A program made the translations under genes and the position numbers. Shown here in pieces: positions 5,707 through 15,647 of a stretch of DNA of 43,704 nt (the first letter of the stretch is position 1; every line of letters starts with the position of its first letter). The notes beneath the pieces are model-generated. The model searched no databases. It saw only the letters and a program-made list of their open reading frames with translations, and had not been told where the DNA came from. Origin of the DNA: an uncultured Candidatus Peribacteria bacterium (GTDB taxonomy: Bacteria; Patescibacteriota; Gracilibacteria; UBA1369; LOWO2-01-FULL-3); NCBI GenBank assembly GCA_964359325.1, contig CAYHSM010000001.1, positions 1-43,704 on the forward strand, read 5' to 3'.

Positions 5707-7106
5707 AGCTTCTTCCAGATAGTTCGATCCGGAGTATCGTCCAGCACAATCCCTTTTTTTAGTAATTCATCACGAATTTTATCGGATGTAGCAAAATCTT
5801 TATTCTTGCGTGCTTTTTCGCGCTCATTAATTAATGATTGAATTCCAGCATCGACACCGGAAACTTCCTCTTTTGGAAATATTACACCAAGGACAGAATC
5901 AATCTTCATTAGGGAATCGTAAGCAAAATTAGCATCATCATTGCTATATTTTTCAGTCAAGAAATGCATATTTAATCCAAAAATATAAGAAAATAGAGCA
6001 TCAAGAGCAGAAGATGTATTAAAATCATCATCCATGGCAGATTCAAATTTGGAAACAAATTTTTCATACCGAGACGAAAGCTTTTCGGATTTTGCATCAA
6101 CAATTTTGTCATTCATATATTGTTGCTCCAATCTTCTGACAAAATTATGTATTCTCTCTAACCCCGCCTTCGCCTGATCCAGCAAAACATGCGAAAAATT
6201 CACCGGATTTCTGTAATGCGTCTGCAAAAACATAAACCTCACAACTTGCGGATCATATTTTTCAAAAATCTCTTTTAAAGTAAAAAAATTCCCAAGACTT
6301 TTGCTCATTTTTTCATTATCCACATTTATAAAACCGTTATGCAGCCAATATTTGGCAAATGATCCAGGCCCAAAAACAGGCTCGGACTGCGCAATCTCAC
6401 ATTCATGATGAGGAAATGCCAAATCCAACCCTCCGCCATGAATATCAAAAGCCTCACCAAGATGTTTAAAGCTCATGGCGCTGCATTCAATATGCCAACC
6501 CGGACGGCCATCGCCCCACGGACTTTGCCAAAAAGGTTCTCCTTCTTTCTTGAATTTCCACAACACAAAATCATAAGGATTTTTTTTATCATCTTTAACT
6601 TCAACTCTCGCACCCATTTTCAAATCTTCCAAATTTTGTTTCGATAATTTGCAGTATTCCGGAAATTTACTGACGTCATAATAAACACCATCATCCAAAA
6701 CATAAGTAAAACCAATCTTTTCCAGCTTTTTAATCAATTCAATCATCTCGGGAATATATTCGGTAGCTCTTGGTTGCACGTCCGGAGTCATGACTCCCAA
6801 TGCGCCATAATCTTTTTCATATATGGGAATAACCATACTACTCAACTCAGGCACAGTAATGCCTTTTTCATGAGCTCTTTTAATCATCTTGTCATCAATA
6901 TCAGTGTAATTGGAAACATATTTAACCTCATATCCCTTATAAATAAGATATCTGCGAATTACATCAAAAGAAACAGCGCTTCTGCCATGTCCGAGATGCG
7001 CACTATCATAAACAGTTGGTCCGCAAACGTACATTTTAATTTGGCCTTCCTGTAGAGGTTCAAATTTAACTTTTTTCGCCCTCAGAGTGTCGTAAATTTT
7101 AATCAT
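5703..7106 (-). CDS. cysS: Cysteine--tRNA ligase
   Basis: 467 aa with HIGH-type CGPTVYDSAHLGHGRS and KMSKSLGN motifs. Confidence 0.92.
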   Translation of the reverse strand: MIKIYDTLRAKKVKFEPLQEGQIKMYVCGPTVYDSAHLGHGRSAVSFDVIRRYLIYKGYEVKYVSNYTDIDDKMIKRAHEKGITVPELSSMVIPIYEKDYGALGVMTPDVQPRATEYIPEMIELIKKLEKIGFTYVLDDGVYYDVSKFPEYCKLSKQNLEDLKMGARVEVKDDKKNPYDFVLWKFKKEGEPFWQSPWGDGRPGWHIECSAMSFKHLGEAFDIHGGGLDLAFPHHECEIAQSEPVFGPGSFAKYWLHNGFINVDNEKMSKSLGNFFTLKEIFEKYDPQVVRFMFLQTHYRNPVNFSHVLLDQAKAGLERIHNFVRRLEQQYMNDKIVDAKSEKLSSRYEKFVSKFESAMDDDFNTSSALDALFSYIFGLNMHFLTEKYSNDDANFAYDSLMKIDSVLGVIFPKEEVSGVDAGIQSLINEREKARKNKDFATSDKIRDELLKKGIVLDDTPDRTIWKKL

Positions 7107-7397
7107 TTAAACCAATTTAAATAACAAAGTAACAATCAAATATCCTAATAAATCAACGCCGAGTATGGCAATCATTGGCGAGAGATCAATCATGGAAATC
7201 CGGTGGGGGAGTCGCCTAGCCAAATTAAGAACAGGATCGGTGACATCATATAAAAATTGCACAATACGGTTGCGCGGGCCCGTTTCATTCATCACAAACC
7301 ATGAAACAAGAATGCGCGCAATTAGAGCGTATACAAGTATATTTTTGAAGATAACAATGAAATTCGCTAAATAATCAATGATGATAATTTTATCCAT
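7107..7397 (-). CDS. yggT: YggT family membrane protein
   Basis: 96 aa, two TM segments, and a YggT-like pattern (LVSWF...FLYDVTDPVLNLARR). Abuts cysS. Confidence 0.7.
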   Translation of the reverse strand: MDKIIIIDYLANFIVIFKNILVYALIARILVSWFVMNETGPRNRIVQFLYDVTDPVLNLARRLPHRISMIDLSPMIAILGVDLLGYLIVTLLFKLV

Positions 7398-7427
7398 ACG
7401 AAAAAGATTCTAGCACAAGAAATTTTG

Positions 7428-9254
7428 TTAAACAAAATTTCTTTTCTTCGCTCTAATGGAATAAAAAATACCTCCAAGCGCTGACAATAAAACCAACCAT
7501 AATATTTCAGGGCCGGTTTCACTTGTGTCTTTCTTCATATCATTGAGGGCATCTGCACCCTGTGTGCCATTTTTTACATCGGGTGGTTGAACATCCACAA
7601 CATCAGCTGCGCCGGCAAACGGCACTGAAGATACAATTTTTTCAAATCCCTCACTGACATTATCTTTTGAATCAATCGCAGCTACAGCAAAATAATATTC
7701 GGTACCATTTAGAAGCTTGGGCACATACCAAGTTGTGGCAGCGGTAAAAGTATCAACAGCATTAGTTAATTGATTTGGAGACAAACCGTAATAAACTCGA
7801 TAATTTTTAATTGAATTGAGTGATGAGGATAAAGCAATCCAGTTTAAGGTAACGCGACCATTAGCCGGCGTAGCGATAAGGCCTGTGACTTTTCCAGGCT
7901 TGGATTTTGCAGTAAAATCCAAAGTTCCGACTTTTATAATTTTTTCCGCTGTAAATTTAGATTCATTTCCCAAATCATCGGTAAGCGTAAAATTCAATTT
8001 ATATTCACCAAATTCAATTGGTGAGGAAAAAGAAGTTTCATAATAACCTTGAGCATTTTTAGTTAAATTGTAAACATTACCGGAGACAACAACCTGCGCT
8101 TTGGATAAATTTTCCTCAGCATATAATTTAACCTTGATAACAGTCCCCGGATCAACAGCACCCTCCGGCTCAATAACAACTTGAGAAACAGCTGCGGCCT
8201 GAGTATCAATATTCACATCAACAATAGGACTCGTGGCGACTATCGTCCCGATATCATTAACACTGGCAACATATATTTTATGTGAACCATCAATCAACAT
8301 CCCGGTAGTAAAAGAATATTTACCTGAAGCATCAGCAATCATGGAAGCGATTTCCTTATCATTATCAAAAATTTTCAACTTGGCTCCGGCTGACGCGGTA
8401 CCGCTTATAACCTGCACATTTGAACTGTAAGTCCCGGAAACGGGATTTGAAATAACAATGCCGGATTGTGTATTTGAATTATCACCGCCTTTAACTGTCA
8501 CAGTTTTAGTCCCAAAAACAGCAAAATTATCCAAATCGGTAACTTTCAAATTATAAGAACCCGCTTGTTTAAATAAAAAAGCCAAACTAAACGTATGACT
8601 TCCCTGATCTTGCAAAGTAAAAGTGTAATCATCCGGAACATTCACAAAAGTCGAATTGGAACCATCTATAGAAAAACGCACTTTACCTGTGTAATTGGTA
8701 ACCGGCTGTTTATTATTGTCGTATGCGGTAATTTTTAAGGTAACACTTTGATTCGCAACAATATCCGCAGGCACATCTTCAAATTCAAAACCATCAACAG
8801 GTCCGGCTGAATTTCCATAAGCCGGAGTATAAGAAGCTGACTTCACAAGAGGAGTATTTTGAAAAATTTCATTACTGGAATTGAAATAAACAATCTTGGC
8901 CCTGGCATCCAAAATCACATCGGACGTGGCATCGTAAACGCTATAAGTAACAACACCGGAATTACTGGAATTGATCTGGAAAAACACTTCTCCGTTACCA
9001 TCGGACAAATCGAAATTTTTAGCTAGTTTAATTTGATCCGTAGGAGAACTGGAAATTAATTTAACCTTATGGTTGCTAATCGGATTTTTTAAATTATCCA
9101 AAAGTTTCACAGTCAAGTTAGCGCTTTCGTCAACATAACGAACAACCTGATCTTTAGGATAAATTAAAGAATCGGAAACCGAGACTTGCGCGAAAGCAAC
9201 TGCCGGAAACAGAAAAAGCCCGATAGCGACACTGATTAGATGTTTTGTTTTCAT
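7428..9254 (-). CDS. Secreted surface protein with tandem Ig-like domains, an FN3 domain and a C-terminal anchor/sorting-like signal
   Basis: 608 aa. Signal peptide (...AVAFAQ), repetitive beta-rich T/S/N/V modules, and an FN3-like segment (VTGLIATPANGRVTLNW...YYFAVAAID). The C-terminus is TSETGPE followed by a hydrophobic helix and RAKKRNFV. Confidence 0.6.
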   Translation of the reverse strand: MKTKHLISVAIGLFLFPAVAFAQVSVSDSLIYPKDQVVRYVDESANLTVKLLDNLKNPISNHKVKLISSSPTDQIKLAKNFDLSDGNGEVFFQINSSNSGVVTYSVYDATSDVILDARAKIVYFNSSNEIFQNTPLVKSASYTPAYGNSAGPVDGFEFEDVPADIVANQSVTLKITAYDNNKQPVTNYTGKVRFSIDGSNSTFVNVPDDYTFTLQDQGSHTFSLAFLFKQAGSYNLKVTDLDNFAVFGTKTVTVKGGDNSNTQSGIVISNPVSGTYSSNVQVISGTASAGAKLKIFDNDKEIASMIADASGKYSFTTGMLIDGSHKIYVASVNDIGTIVATSPIVDVNIDTQAAAVSQVVIEPEGAVDPGTVIKVKLYAEENLSKAQVVVSGNVYNLTKNAQGYYETSFSSPIEFGEYKLNFTLTDDLGNESKFTAEKIIKVGTLDFTAKSKPGKVTGLIATPANGRVTLNWIALSSSLNSIKNYRVYYGLSPNQLTNAVDTFTAATTWYVPKLLNGTEYYFAVAAIDSKDNVSEGFEKIVSSVPFAGAADVVDVQPPDVKNGTQGADALNDMKKDTSETGPEILWLVLLSALGGIFYSIRAKKRNFV

Positions 9255-9390
9255 TTTTGTTTAAAATATCCATATATTCTATCCTAAAACATAAAGTTTA
9301 TCAATTGCCGGCATCACAAATTGCAAACAAGTCAAGTCGATAAAAATCCTGGAATCTGATAACATTCTCCCAAAATCTAGTAAAAAAATT

Positions 9391-10938
9391 ATGTTTAAAA
9401 AAATATTGGGAATTATCTTTGTAGCGATCTTTATTACAGAAATACTTACCTGGACTGTTTTTGCACAAAATAATGATGAGAATCCAACTTACCTTAAATC
9501 GGTAATAAATACCCCGAACGCAGTTGAAATCAAAAAAAGCACGATATTTGACGCTTCCCAATCTTTTGTTCCGGAAAATAATAAAAATGCGCATTATGGA
9601 TGGGATTTTGGCGATGGCAATCGCAATGAAGGAATCGAAGTGCTGCACACATACAAAACCCCGGGATATTACACTGTAACACTGACATTAAATGACGGAT
9701 CAAGTACTTCTCAAACCACTATGGAAGTATTTGCTTATCGAAAATTAATAATTTTAGTAACTGATCAAAGTGAGAATAAGGACAGTATAGAAATAATAAA
9801 GGATTATTCCGAAAAGAAAGGGGTTTATTTAAAAACTATTGAAAGTTATGGAAGCAGCACAGAGTTCATTTCTGAAGAAATTCTTACGAAAAAATTAACA
9901 GAAACAGCTGAAGATCTTCAAAAAGCAAAACAGATAGTTGTATGGACAAAAGAAAATGCAGGTCTTAATGCCATATCAAGGTTTATTCAAAACAATGCAG
10001 GAAAAATCATCAGTGATTTTAGACAAAAAACTATTGTAGTATTGGAAAATTCAATAAGTAGCAACCTTAGCCGTATTGAGCGACAATTCGGGCTGATAAA
10101 CCCAAAGATGATGATTGTGGCGAAGGAAGGAGCAATAGACGCATTAATAGAAAGTTCAACGGAAGATGAATTTATAGATGCGTTAAAAGAAAGAGGAAAT
10201 GCATATGAAATTGTGGATGCAAAAAGCGGAAAATTGCGCCCATGGAATTTCATGAGCTATTTCGTCAACGTATTGGTAAATAAAGGAATTCCGGATAACA
10301 CAATCGCTCTCTTGTTACTTTTGCCGGTTATTGCAACGGTTGTAGCTTTTATGCGACAAGTTGTCGGAATCACTACTTTCGGCATATACACGCCAACAAT
10401 TATTACTCTTTCATTTTTGATTATTGGTATACATGCCGGATTATTAACATTACTGGCGGCCATTGGAGTCGGAGTCTTGGCTAAACCTCTGTTAAAACGC
10501 GGCAGAATGTTATTCATTCCAAAAATGGCAATCATGTTAACGGTAGTGGCATTCACGTTATTATTAATCTTAATTTCCGGAATTTATCTTGGGCTTTTTA
10601 ACGCTCAATTCTTATCGATTGCAATTTTCCCAATGTTGATTTTAAGCACTTTGGTGGAAAAATTCATAAGCGCAAAAACCGAAAGCGACTTTTCTTCTGC
10701 GACAGTAATCATGGGAGAAACTTTACTGGTTGCTGTCATAGCGTATTTTATTGCGGGTGGTGAAATAGATTTGGGAATTGTTTCTTTCAAATTTGAATTT
10801 GTAAAAACGATGATGCTCACATATCCGGAAATAATATTTTTATTACTTATAATTGATATTTTTCTTGGACGATGGAGCGGATTAAGAGTTTTAGAACGTA
10901 TTCGTTTCCGCGAAATTTTAAGACATATCGAAGAATAA
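9391..10938 (+). CDS. PKD-domain protein fused to a C-terminal 7TM module (7TM_transglut-like)
   Basis: 515 aa. N-terminal signal/TM, PKD signature (WDFGDGN...HTYKTPGYYTVTLTLNDG), a central alpha/beta region, then ~7 TM helices ending in LGRWSGLRVLERIRFRE. As I recall, that ending matches the 7TM family usually fused to inactive transglutaminases. Confidence 0.6.
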   Translation: MFKKILGIIFVAIFITEILTWTVFAQNNDENPTYLKSVINTPNAVEIKKSTIFDASQSFVPENNKNAHYGWDFGDGNRNEGIEVLHTYKTPGYYTVTLTLNDGSSTSQTTMEVFAYRKLIILVTDQSENKDSIEIIKDYSEKKGVYLKTIESYGSSTEFISEEILTKKLTETAEDLQKAKQIVVWTKENAGLNAISRFIQNNAGKIISDFRQKTIVVLENSISSNLSRIERQFGLINPKMMIVAKEGAIDALIESSTEDEFIDALKERGNAYEIVDAKSGKLRPWNFMSYFVNVLVNKGIPDNTIALLLLLPVIATVVAFMRQVVGITTFGIYTPTIITLSFLIIGIHAGLLTLLAAIGVGVLAKPLLKRGRMLFIPKMAIMLTVVAFTLLLILISGIYLGLFNAQFLSIAIFPMLILSTLVEKFISAKTESDFSSATVIMGETLLVAVIAYFIAGGEIDLGIVSFKFEFVKTMMLTYPEIIFLLLIIDIFLGRWSGLRVLERIRFREILRHIEE

Positions 10939-10980
10939 AATCAGCCGCAGGCGGACCGTTAATTCCCTAAAAATTCCATA

Positions 10981-13404
10981 ATGTCTTTTTTCTCAAGTAT
11001 CTCAACAATTTTTAGTGACAAAGGCATCCTTGGCATCAATGCCAGGAATCTTCTTTATATAAAACCTTACAACCCTAAAAAAGCAGTCAAATTAGCCGAT
11101 GACAAAATTAAAACCAAACAATTCTTATCCGCCAGAGGTATCCCTGTCCCAAAATTATACGGAATCATCAAAGATATAAATGACTTGGATAAATTTGATT
11201 TTAATACGCTGCCGCATTCATTTGCTCTTAAGCCAAACACTGGATATGGCGGAGAAGGTATAATTCCGGTTACAGATACGAAAGATGGTTATTATTTTAC
11301 TGCCGGAGGGAATAAACTGACTAAAGAAGAGCTGAAAGACAATATAAGAGATATTTTGGATGGACGTTATTCAATATCAAATGTAAGCGATTATGCTTTT
11401 TTTGAACAATACATTATTGCTGATGAAAGAATCGGTAAATATTCATACGAAGGGCTGCCGGACATTCGCGTGGTGGTGCATAATTTGATTCCGGTTATGG
11501 CAATGCTGCGTTTGCCTACAAGAGAATCTAAAGGCAAAGCCAATCTTCACATGGGAGCCGTAGGCGTGGGAATAGATATAGCAAAAGGACAAACCACTCA
11601 TATTTCTTATAAAAATCGTATCATAGATGAATTACCTGACGGTCTCGGACAAATAAAAGGTTTAAAAATACCTTTCTGGGATAAGATTTTGAACATCGCT
11701 TCAACTGTTCAATTGATCACAAACTTGGGGTACATGGCGATAGACATCTGTTTGGATAAAAATTCAGGGCCTGTTTTGTTGGAAATAAATGCTCGCGCAG
11801 GGCTCGGCGTACAAATTGCAAATCTCGCACCATTAAGAAAAAGATTACAACGCATAGAAGGGGTAAAAGTTACAACGCCTGCAAAAGGTGTGCGTATTGC
11901 AAAAGATATGTTTGGAAACATAGTGGAAAAAGAAATCGAACAACTCTCCGGAAAACCGGTGATAGGAACTATGGAAAACATAGAAATAATTCAAAAACAT
12001 GGAACAATTAGAATTAACGCAAAAATTGATACAAGTAAAAAAAACAGCATTCTCGATGAAGATACGGCTGTTAAAAATGGTCTAATTGAAAACGTAGATG
12101 ATTATGATGACGAAAAATCCACATTGAAATTAAAATTTTCTCTTAAAAATAAGAGAATCCATACAGTAGTAGAATTGGAAAAAATTAAAAATGAAGAATA
12201 TAAAATGATCCTTGGAACAAGGGATTTAAAAGAATTCTTAATTGATACAACGGACAAAGAAGCGGCAAAAAAAGAATCAACAAAAGAAAAACCTTCTTTA
12301 AACATAGAAAAATTTCAATTAAAAACTAAAACGAAAAAAATAAATTTTTACGAAGCGGATCAAAAATTGACTCAAATCGACAATAAAATAAAACTCTTAT
12401 ATCACTTGAGACCGATCAATCTTGAGGGTGAAAAAAATAAATTTTTAAAAAATCCAACATTAAATCCGGAATTTGAATATCCTACACTGAAATTTGACAC
12501 TTTGGAGTTGATAGAAGAGTTAGATAAGATCGAGACTGATGATTCTATACTTGGCAAACTTTTTGAAGAAAAAAAGTTTGAGATAATTAAGAAAATAAAT
12601 TTGCTGGAATCAATCGATGAAGAACAGTTCACTCAGCATTCTATCGACCTCTACAGTAGACCAACAGAAGAAGACATTGTAACTTGTAAAAATTATTTGA
12701 AGGGAGTCAATCTCAAAAACGGACCGGAAGAAGACACATTAACAGATGAAGAAGCAAAAGAAGAATTTGAGAAAATCTTTGAAAAATATGGTTTATTCGA
12801 ATGGAAAGTTAAAATAAAAGAAGACCTGGTTTCAAACTGCGTTGCAGGAAAAAATAACAGATTATTCATAAAAGCAAATGCAAGATTTCATAAAGACAGG
12901 TTAAACGAATTGATTGTTCATGAAATAGAAACGCATATTCTGACAGCCGAAAATGGCAAAATGCAACCATATGAAATTTTCAGCAGGGGATTCGCGAATT
13001 ATTTGACAACGCAAGAAGGCTTGGCAATGTACAACGTGGAACAAAAATGCCATAAGGATTTCATTGGTAATCATAAAGCTTTATTCCACGTAATCGCCAT
13101 CTACGAGTCATTGACGAGTTCTTTCAAGGATGTATATAAAAAACTAACAGAATTAGGCGCAAATGAAGAACAAGCCTTCAGATCAGCCCTGAAAGCAAAA
13201 CGTGGGATATGTGACACTTCAAAAAAAGGAGCTTTCACTAAAGATTATTTATATTTTAAGGGTTATTTTGAAGTGAAAGATTTTGTAGAAAAAGGTGGAG
13301 ACATTAAGGATCTATATATTGGAAAATTTAACCTGAAAGATTTGGATAAAATCAAATCGATAAACGGCATACAAAAAGCTAAAATTTTGCCGGATTGGTT
13401 TTAA
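10981..13404 (+). CDS. Fusion protein: RimK-related ATP-grasp (alpha-L-glutamate-ligase-like) + K/E-rich linker + QEGLA/HExxxH DUF1704 (MATCAP-type) metallopeptidase domain
   Basis: 807 aa. ATP-grasp motifs are FALKPNTGYGGEGI, IRVVVHNLIPVMAMLRLPT and MAIDICLDKNSGPVLLEINARAG. HEIETH is at 12919-12936 and QEGLA at 13012-13026, both in frame. Confidence 0.7.
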   Translation: MSFFSSISTIFSDKGILGINARNLLYIKPYNPKKAVKLADDKIKTKQFLSARGIPVPKLYGIIKDINDLDKFDFNTLPHSFALKPNTGYGGEGIIPVTDTKDGYYFTAGGNKLTKEELKDNIRDILDGRYSISNVSDYAFFEQYIIADERIGKYSYEGLPDIRVVVHNLIPVMAMLRLPTRESKGKANLHMGAVGVGIDIAKGQTTHISYKNRIIDELPDGLGQIKGLKIPFWDKILNIASTVQLITNLGYMAIDICLDKNSGPVLLEINARAGLGVQIANLAPLRKRLQRIEGVKVTTPAKGVRIAKDMFGNIVEKEIEQLSGKPVIGTMENIEIIQKHGTIRINAKIDTSKKNSILDEDTAVKNGLIENVDDYDDEKSTLKLKFSLKNKRIHTVVELEKIKNEEYKMILGTRDLKEFLIDTTDKEAAKKESTKEKPSLNIEKFQLKTKTKKINFYEADQKLTQIDNKIKLLYHLRPINLEGEKNKFLKNPTLNPEFEYPTLKFDTLELIEELDKIETDDSILGKLFEEKKFEIIKKINLLESIDEEQFTQHSIDLYSRPTEEDIVTCKNYLKGVNLKNGPEEDTLTDEEAKEEFEKIFEKYGLFEWKVKIKEDLVSNCVAGKNNRLFIKANARFHKDRLNELIVHEIETHILTAENGKMQPYEIFSRGFANYLTTQEGLAMYNVEQKCHKDFIGNHKALFHVIAIYESLTSSFKDVYKKLTELGANEEQAFRSALKAKRGICDTSKKGAFTKDYLYFKGYFEVKDFVEKGGDIKDLYIGKFNLKDLDKIKSINGIQKAKILPDWF

Positions 13405-13406
13405 CA

Positions 13407-13423
13407 GAGCGCCATAGGCGCTC
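13407..13423. terminator. Bidirectional hairpin between convergent genes
   Basis: gagcgcc-ata-ggcgctc. Overlaps the queA TGA stop (13422-13424). Confidence 0.5.
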
Positions 13424-14513
13424 AAAAGATAAACATTGCATCTCCAAAACTATAAAAACGATATTTCTCTTTTTTAGCTGTTTCGTATAAAGATAATAAT
13501 TTTTTCACGGGATTTTTAATGCCTTTATTTTCCAAAAAAGAAGACGCCAACATTATTAAAGTGCTTTTTGGCAGATGAAAATTGGTTATTAAAGCATCAA
13601 CAATTTTCCATTTATATTTGCCAGGATAAATAAATATATTGGTCTCTCCAATTTTAGGCTTTAATCCGACACTTGGATGACAACAACTTTCCAAAACCCT
13701 CACTGAAGTTGTACCAACAGCTATAATTCTACCGCCATGCTTATTGGCAGAATTTAGATGATTTGCAACACTTTTAGATAATTCGAATTCTTCAAAATGC
13801 ATTGTATGATTTTCAACATTTTCCGTAACAACGGGAGCAAAAGTCCCTAGTCCGACATGCAAAATTACTTCTTCAATTCCGATCCCTTCTTTCTTTAAAG
13901 ATTTCAATAATCTTTTCGTAAAATGAAGACCTGCGGTTGGCGCAGCTTTACTGCCTTCTTCTTTGGCATAAACGGTTTGATAACGATCGAAATCAGCACT
14001 ACTATCAGTTATATAAGGTGGAAGAGGCATTCGCCCCAAAGAAAACAGCTTTTTATCTAACATCCCGCCCAGCCCGCCTCTGGCGTGGCCGCAAGCGTGA
14101 CCATGATTCTTTAAGCTGAATTTCAATATTCTTCTTCCATCGTCAAAAACACTCTTAACTTCAGCGCTTAATTGTTTATCAATAAAAAATTTAGCTCCTT
14201 GTTTAAAACTTCTCCCTGGTCTCACCAAAACTTCATAAGAATCTTTTGATAATTTCTTTAAAAGAAAAATTTCTTTATTAAAACCGTTAATTTCAAAAAT
14301 AATCCTGGCGGGTATGACTTTGGATCTATTTAATACAAGAACATCTCCGGCTTTCAAGAATTCTCCAATATCAGAAAATTTCCTATGATAAATACGATCG
14401 CTGCTTGAATCGTAAACCAATAATTTGGAACTATCCCTCGGGGAAACGGGGTTTTGAGCAATAAAACTCTTTGGCAAATGATAATCAAAATCCGATGTCC
14501 TCATGTTTACCAA
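13422..14513 (-). CDS. queA: tRNA preQ1(34) S-adenosylmethionine ribosyltransferase-isomerase
   Basis: 363 aa with DFDYHLPKSFIAQNP, MPLPPYI, APTAGLHFT, ITNFHLPKSTL and FSFGDAMFI motifs. Carries a 42-nt GC-rich in-frame insert (see findings). Confidence 0.9.
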   Translation of the reverse strand: MVNMRTSDFDYHLPKSFIAQNPVSPRDSSKLLVYDSSSDRIYHRKFSDIGEFLKAGDVLVLNRSKVIPARIIFEINGFNKEIFLLKKLSKDSYEVLVRPGRSFKQGAKFFIDKQLSAEVKSVFDDGRRILKFSLKNHGHACGHARGGLGGMLDKKLFSLGRMPLPPYITDSSADFDRYQTVYAKEEGSKAAPTAGLHFTKRLLKSLKKEGIGIEEVILHVGLGTFAPVVTENVENHTMHFEEFELSKSVANHLNSANKHGGRIIAVGTTSVRVLESCCHPSVGLKPKIGETNIFIYPGKYKWKIVDALITNFHLPKSTLIMLASSFLENKGIKNPVKKLLSLYETAKKEKYRFYSFGDAMFIF

Positions 14514-15646
14514 GTGATAGTTTGATCTTTAACTTCCACTCCGTCCTTCAAATTTTTATCGCGCTTAATTGTAATAAGTGACATATCATCATCTTGTCCA
14601 TGACCTTCAAGAAAAGTGGAAACATCTTGTGCAATATGATAATTAACACCTTCAGCGGAATATTGCGGAGCATATTCAACAATAGCATTTTTTAGACGTT
14701 CAAGTCCGTAAAATTCTCCGGATAAATTTCTGGCTTCAGTAATACCGTCGCTGTACAAAAGCGCAAAATCACCATCATTAAAAATAATTTCCTGTTCTTT
14801 TATTAATTTTGAATTATCAGGGACCATTCCAAGAGCGACACCGCCGGACAAAATAGCTTCACATTCTCCGGAATCGGCGCGATAAACAATAATATGCTCG
14901 TGTCCCGCCCCAACGTAAGTCAACTTTTCATTTTTACTGTCCCAAGAAAGCATAACCATTGTCAAAAACATGGCTTTCTTAACGTGACGTTTCAAATAAT
15001 GATTCACATTCACCAAAACATCATAAGCCGAGTCATAAATATCAGCAAAAACGCTTATAAGAGAAGTTGCCATAGTCATTATCAGGCCACCGGCAACACC
15101 ATGACCGGTTACGTCCCCGATATAAATATAAGTCTTACCTTTAGATGTAGTTATAAAATTAAAAATATCTCCGCCCAATTCGGTAGCGGGTTTATTTTTG
15201 GCAATAATCTGTAACCCGGGAACATTCGGACATTTTAGAGGTAAAATATCGTGTTGTAGCTGCGCAGCAATAGTTAATTCATCAATCATGCGCTCACGAT
15301 CTTTAATATCATGACTCACTTCACGAAACCCTTTTGTTACTTGATTAAAAAAGTGAGCCAAAACACCGATCTCATCGATTCTTCCTGTATAAATTTGCTT
15401 ATAAGGCTTGCCGGCAATCAAAGCTTCCATTTGAGATAAAACTATTTTGAAAGGTCTTACAAAAATCCAAAAAGACAACAAAATAAAAGTAATCAAAAAT
15501 ACGCCCAAGGCAATCAAGAAAGCTTCAAATGGGACTGTTTTGTTAGGAGTATAGTAAAAATAGAAAAAAGCTCCGGCAATAAGTAAACCAAAGACAATAA
15601 AGATGATAAAAAATTTTCTAACTATACTGATCCTCAAAAAATTCAT
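14507..15646 (-). CDS. Membrane-anchored PP2C (SpoIIE/RsbU-type) serine phosphatase with a HAMP-like linker
   Basis: 379 aa with two N-terminal TM helices, then GGDIFNF, IGDVTGHGVAGG, LYSDGITEA and DDMSLITI motifs. Confidence 0.8.
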   Translation of the reverse strand: MNFLRISIVRKFFIIFIVFGLLIAGAFFYFYYTPNKTVPFEAFLIALGVFLITFILLSFWIFVRPFKIVLSQMEALIAGKPYKQIYTGRIDEIGVLAHFFNQVTKGFREVSHDIKDRERMIDELTIAAQLQHDILPLKCPNVPGLQIIAKNKPATELGGDIFNFITTSKGKTYIYIGDVTGHGVAGGLIMTMATSLISVFADIYDSAYDVLVNVNHYLKRHVKKAMFLTMVMLSWDSKNEKLTYVGAGHEHIIVYRADSGECEAILSGGVALGMVPDNSKLIKEQEIIFNDGDFALLYSDGITEARNLSGEFYGLERLKNAIVEYAPQYSAEGVNYHIAQDVSTFLEGHGQDDDMSLITIKRDKNLKDGVEVKDQTITW

Positions 15647-15647
15647 C

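Noticed and set aside
9301-9648. 115-aa ORF antisense to the 5' end of the PKD-7TM gene, and similar antisense ORFs throughout (e.g. 258..554, 743..1036, 3335..3655, 18555..18932, 35235..35663)
   Set aside because: They lie entirely within or opposite well-supported genes, are rich in F/I/L/S/C from AT-rich antisense reading, and have no recognisable motifs.
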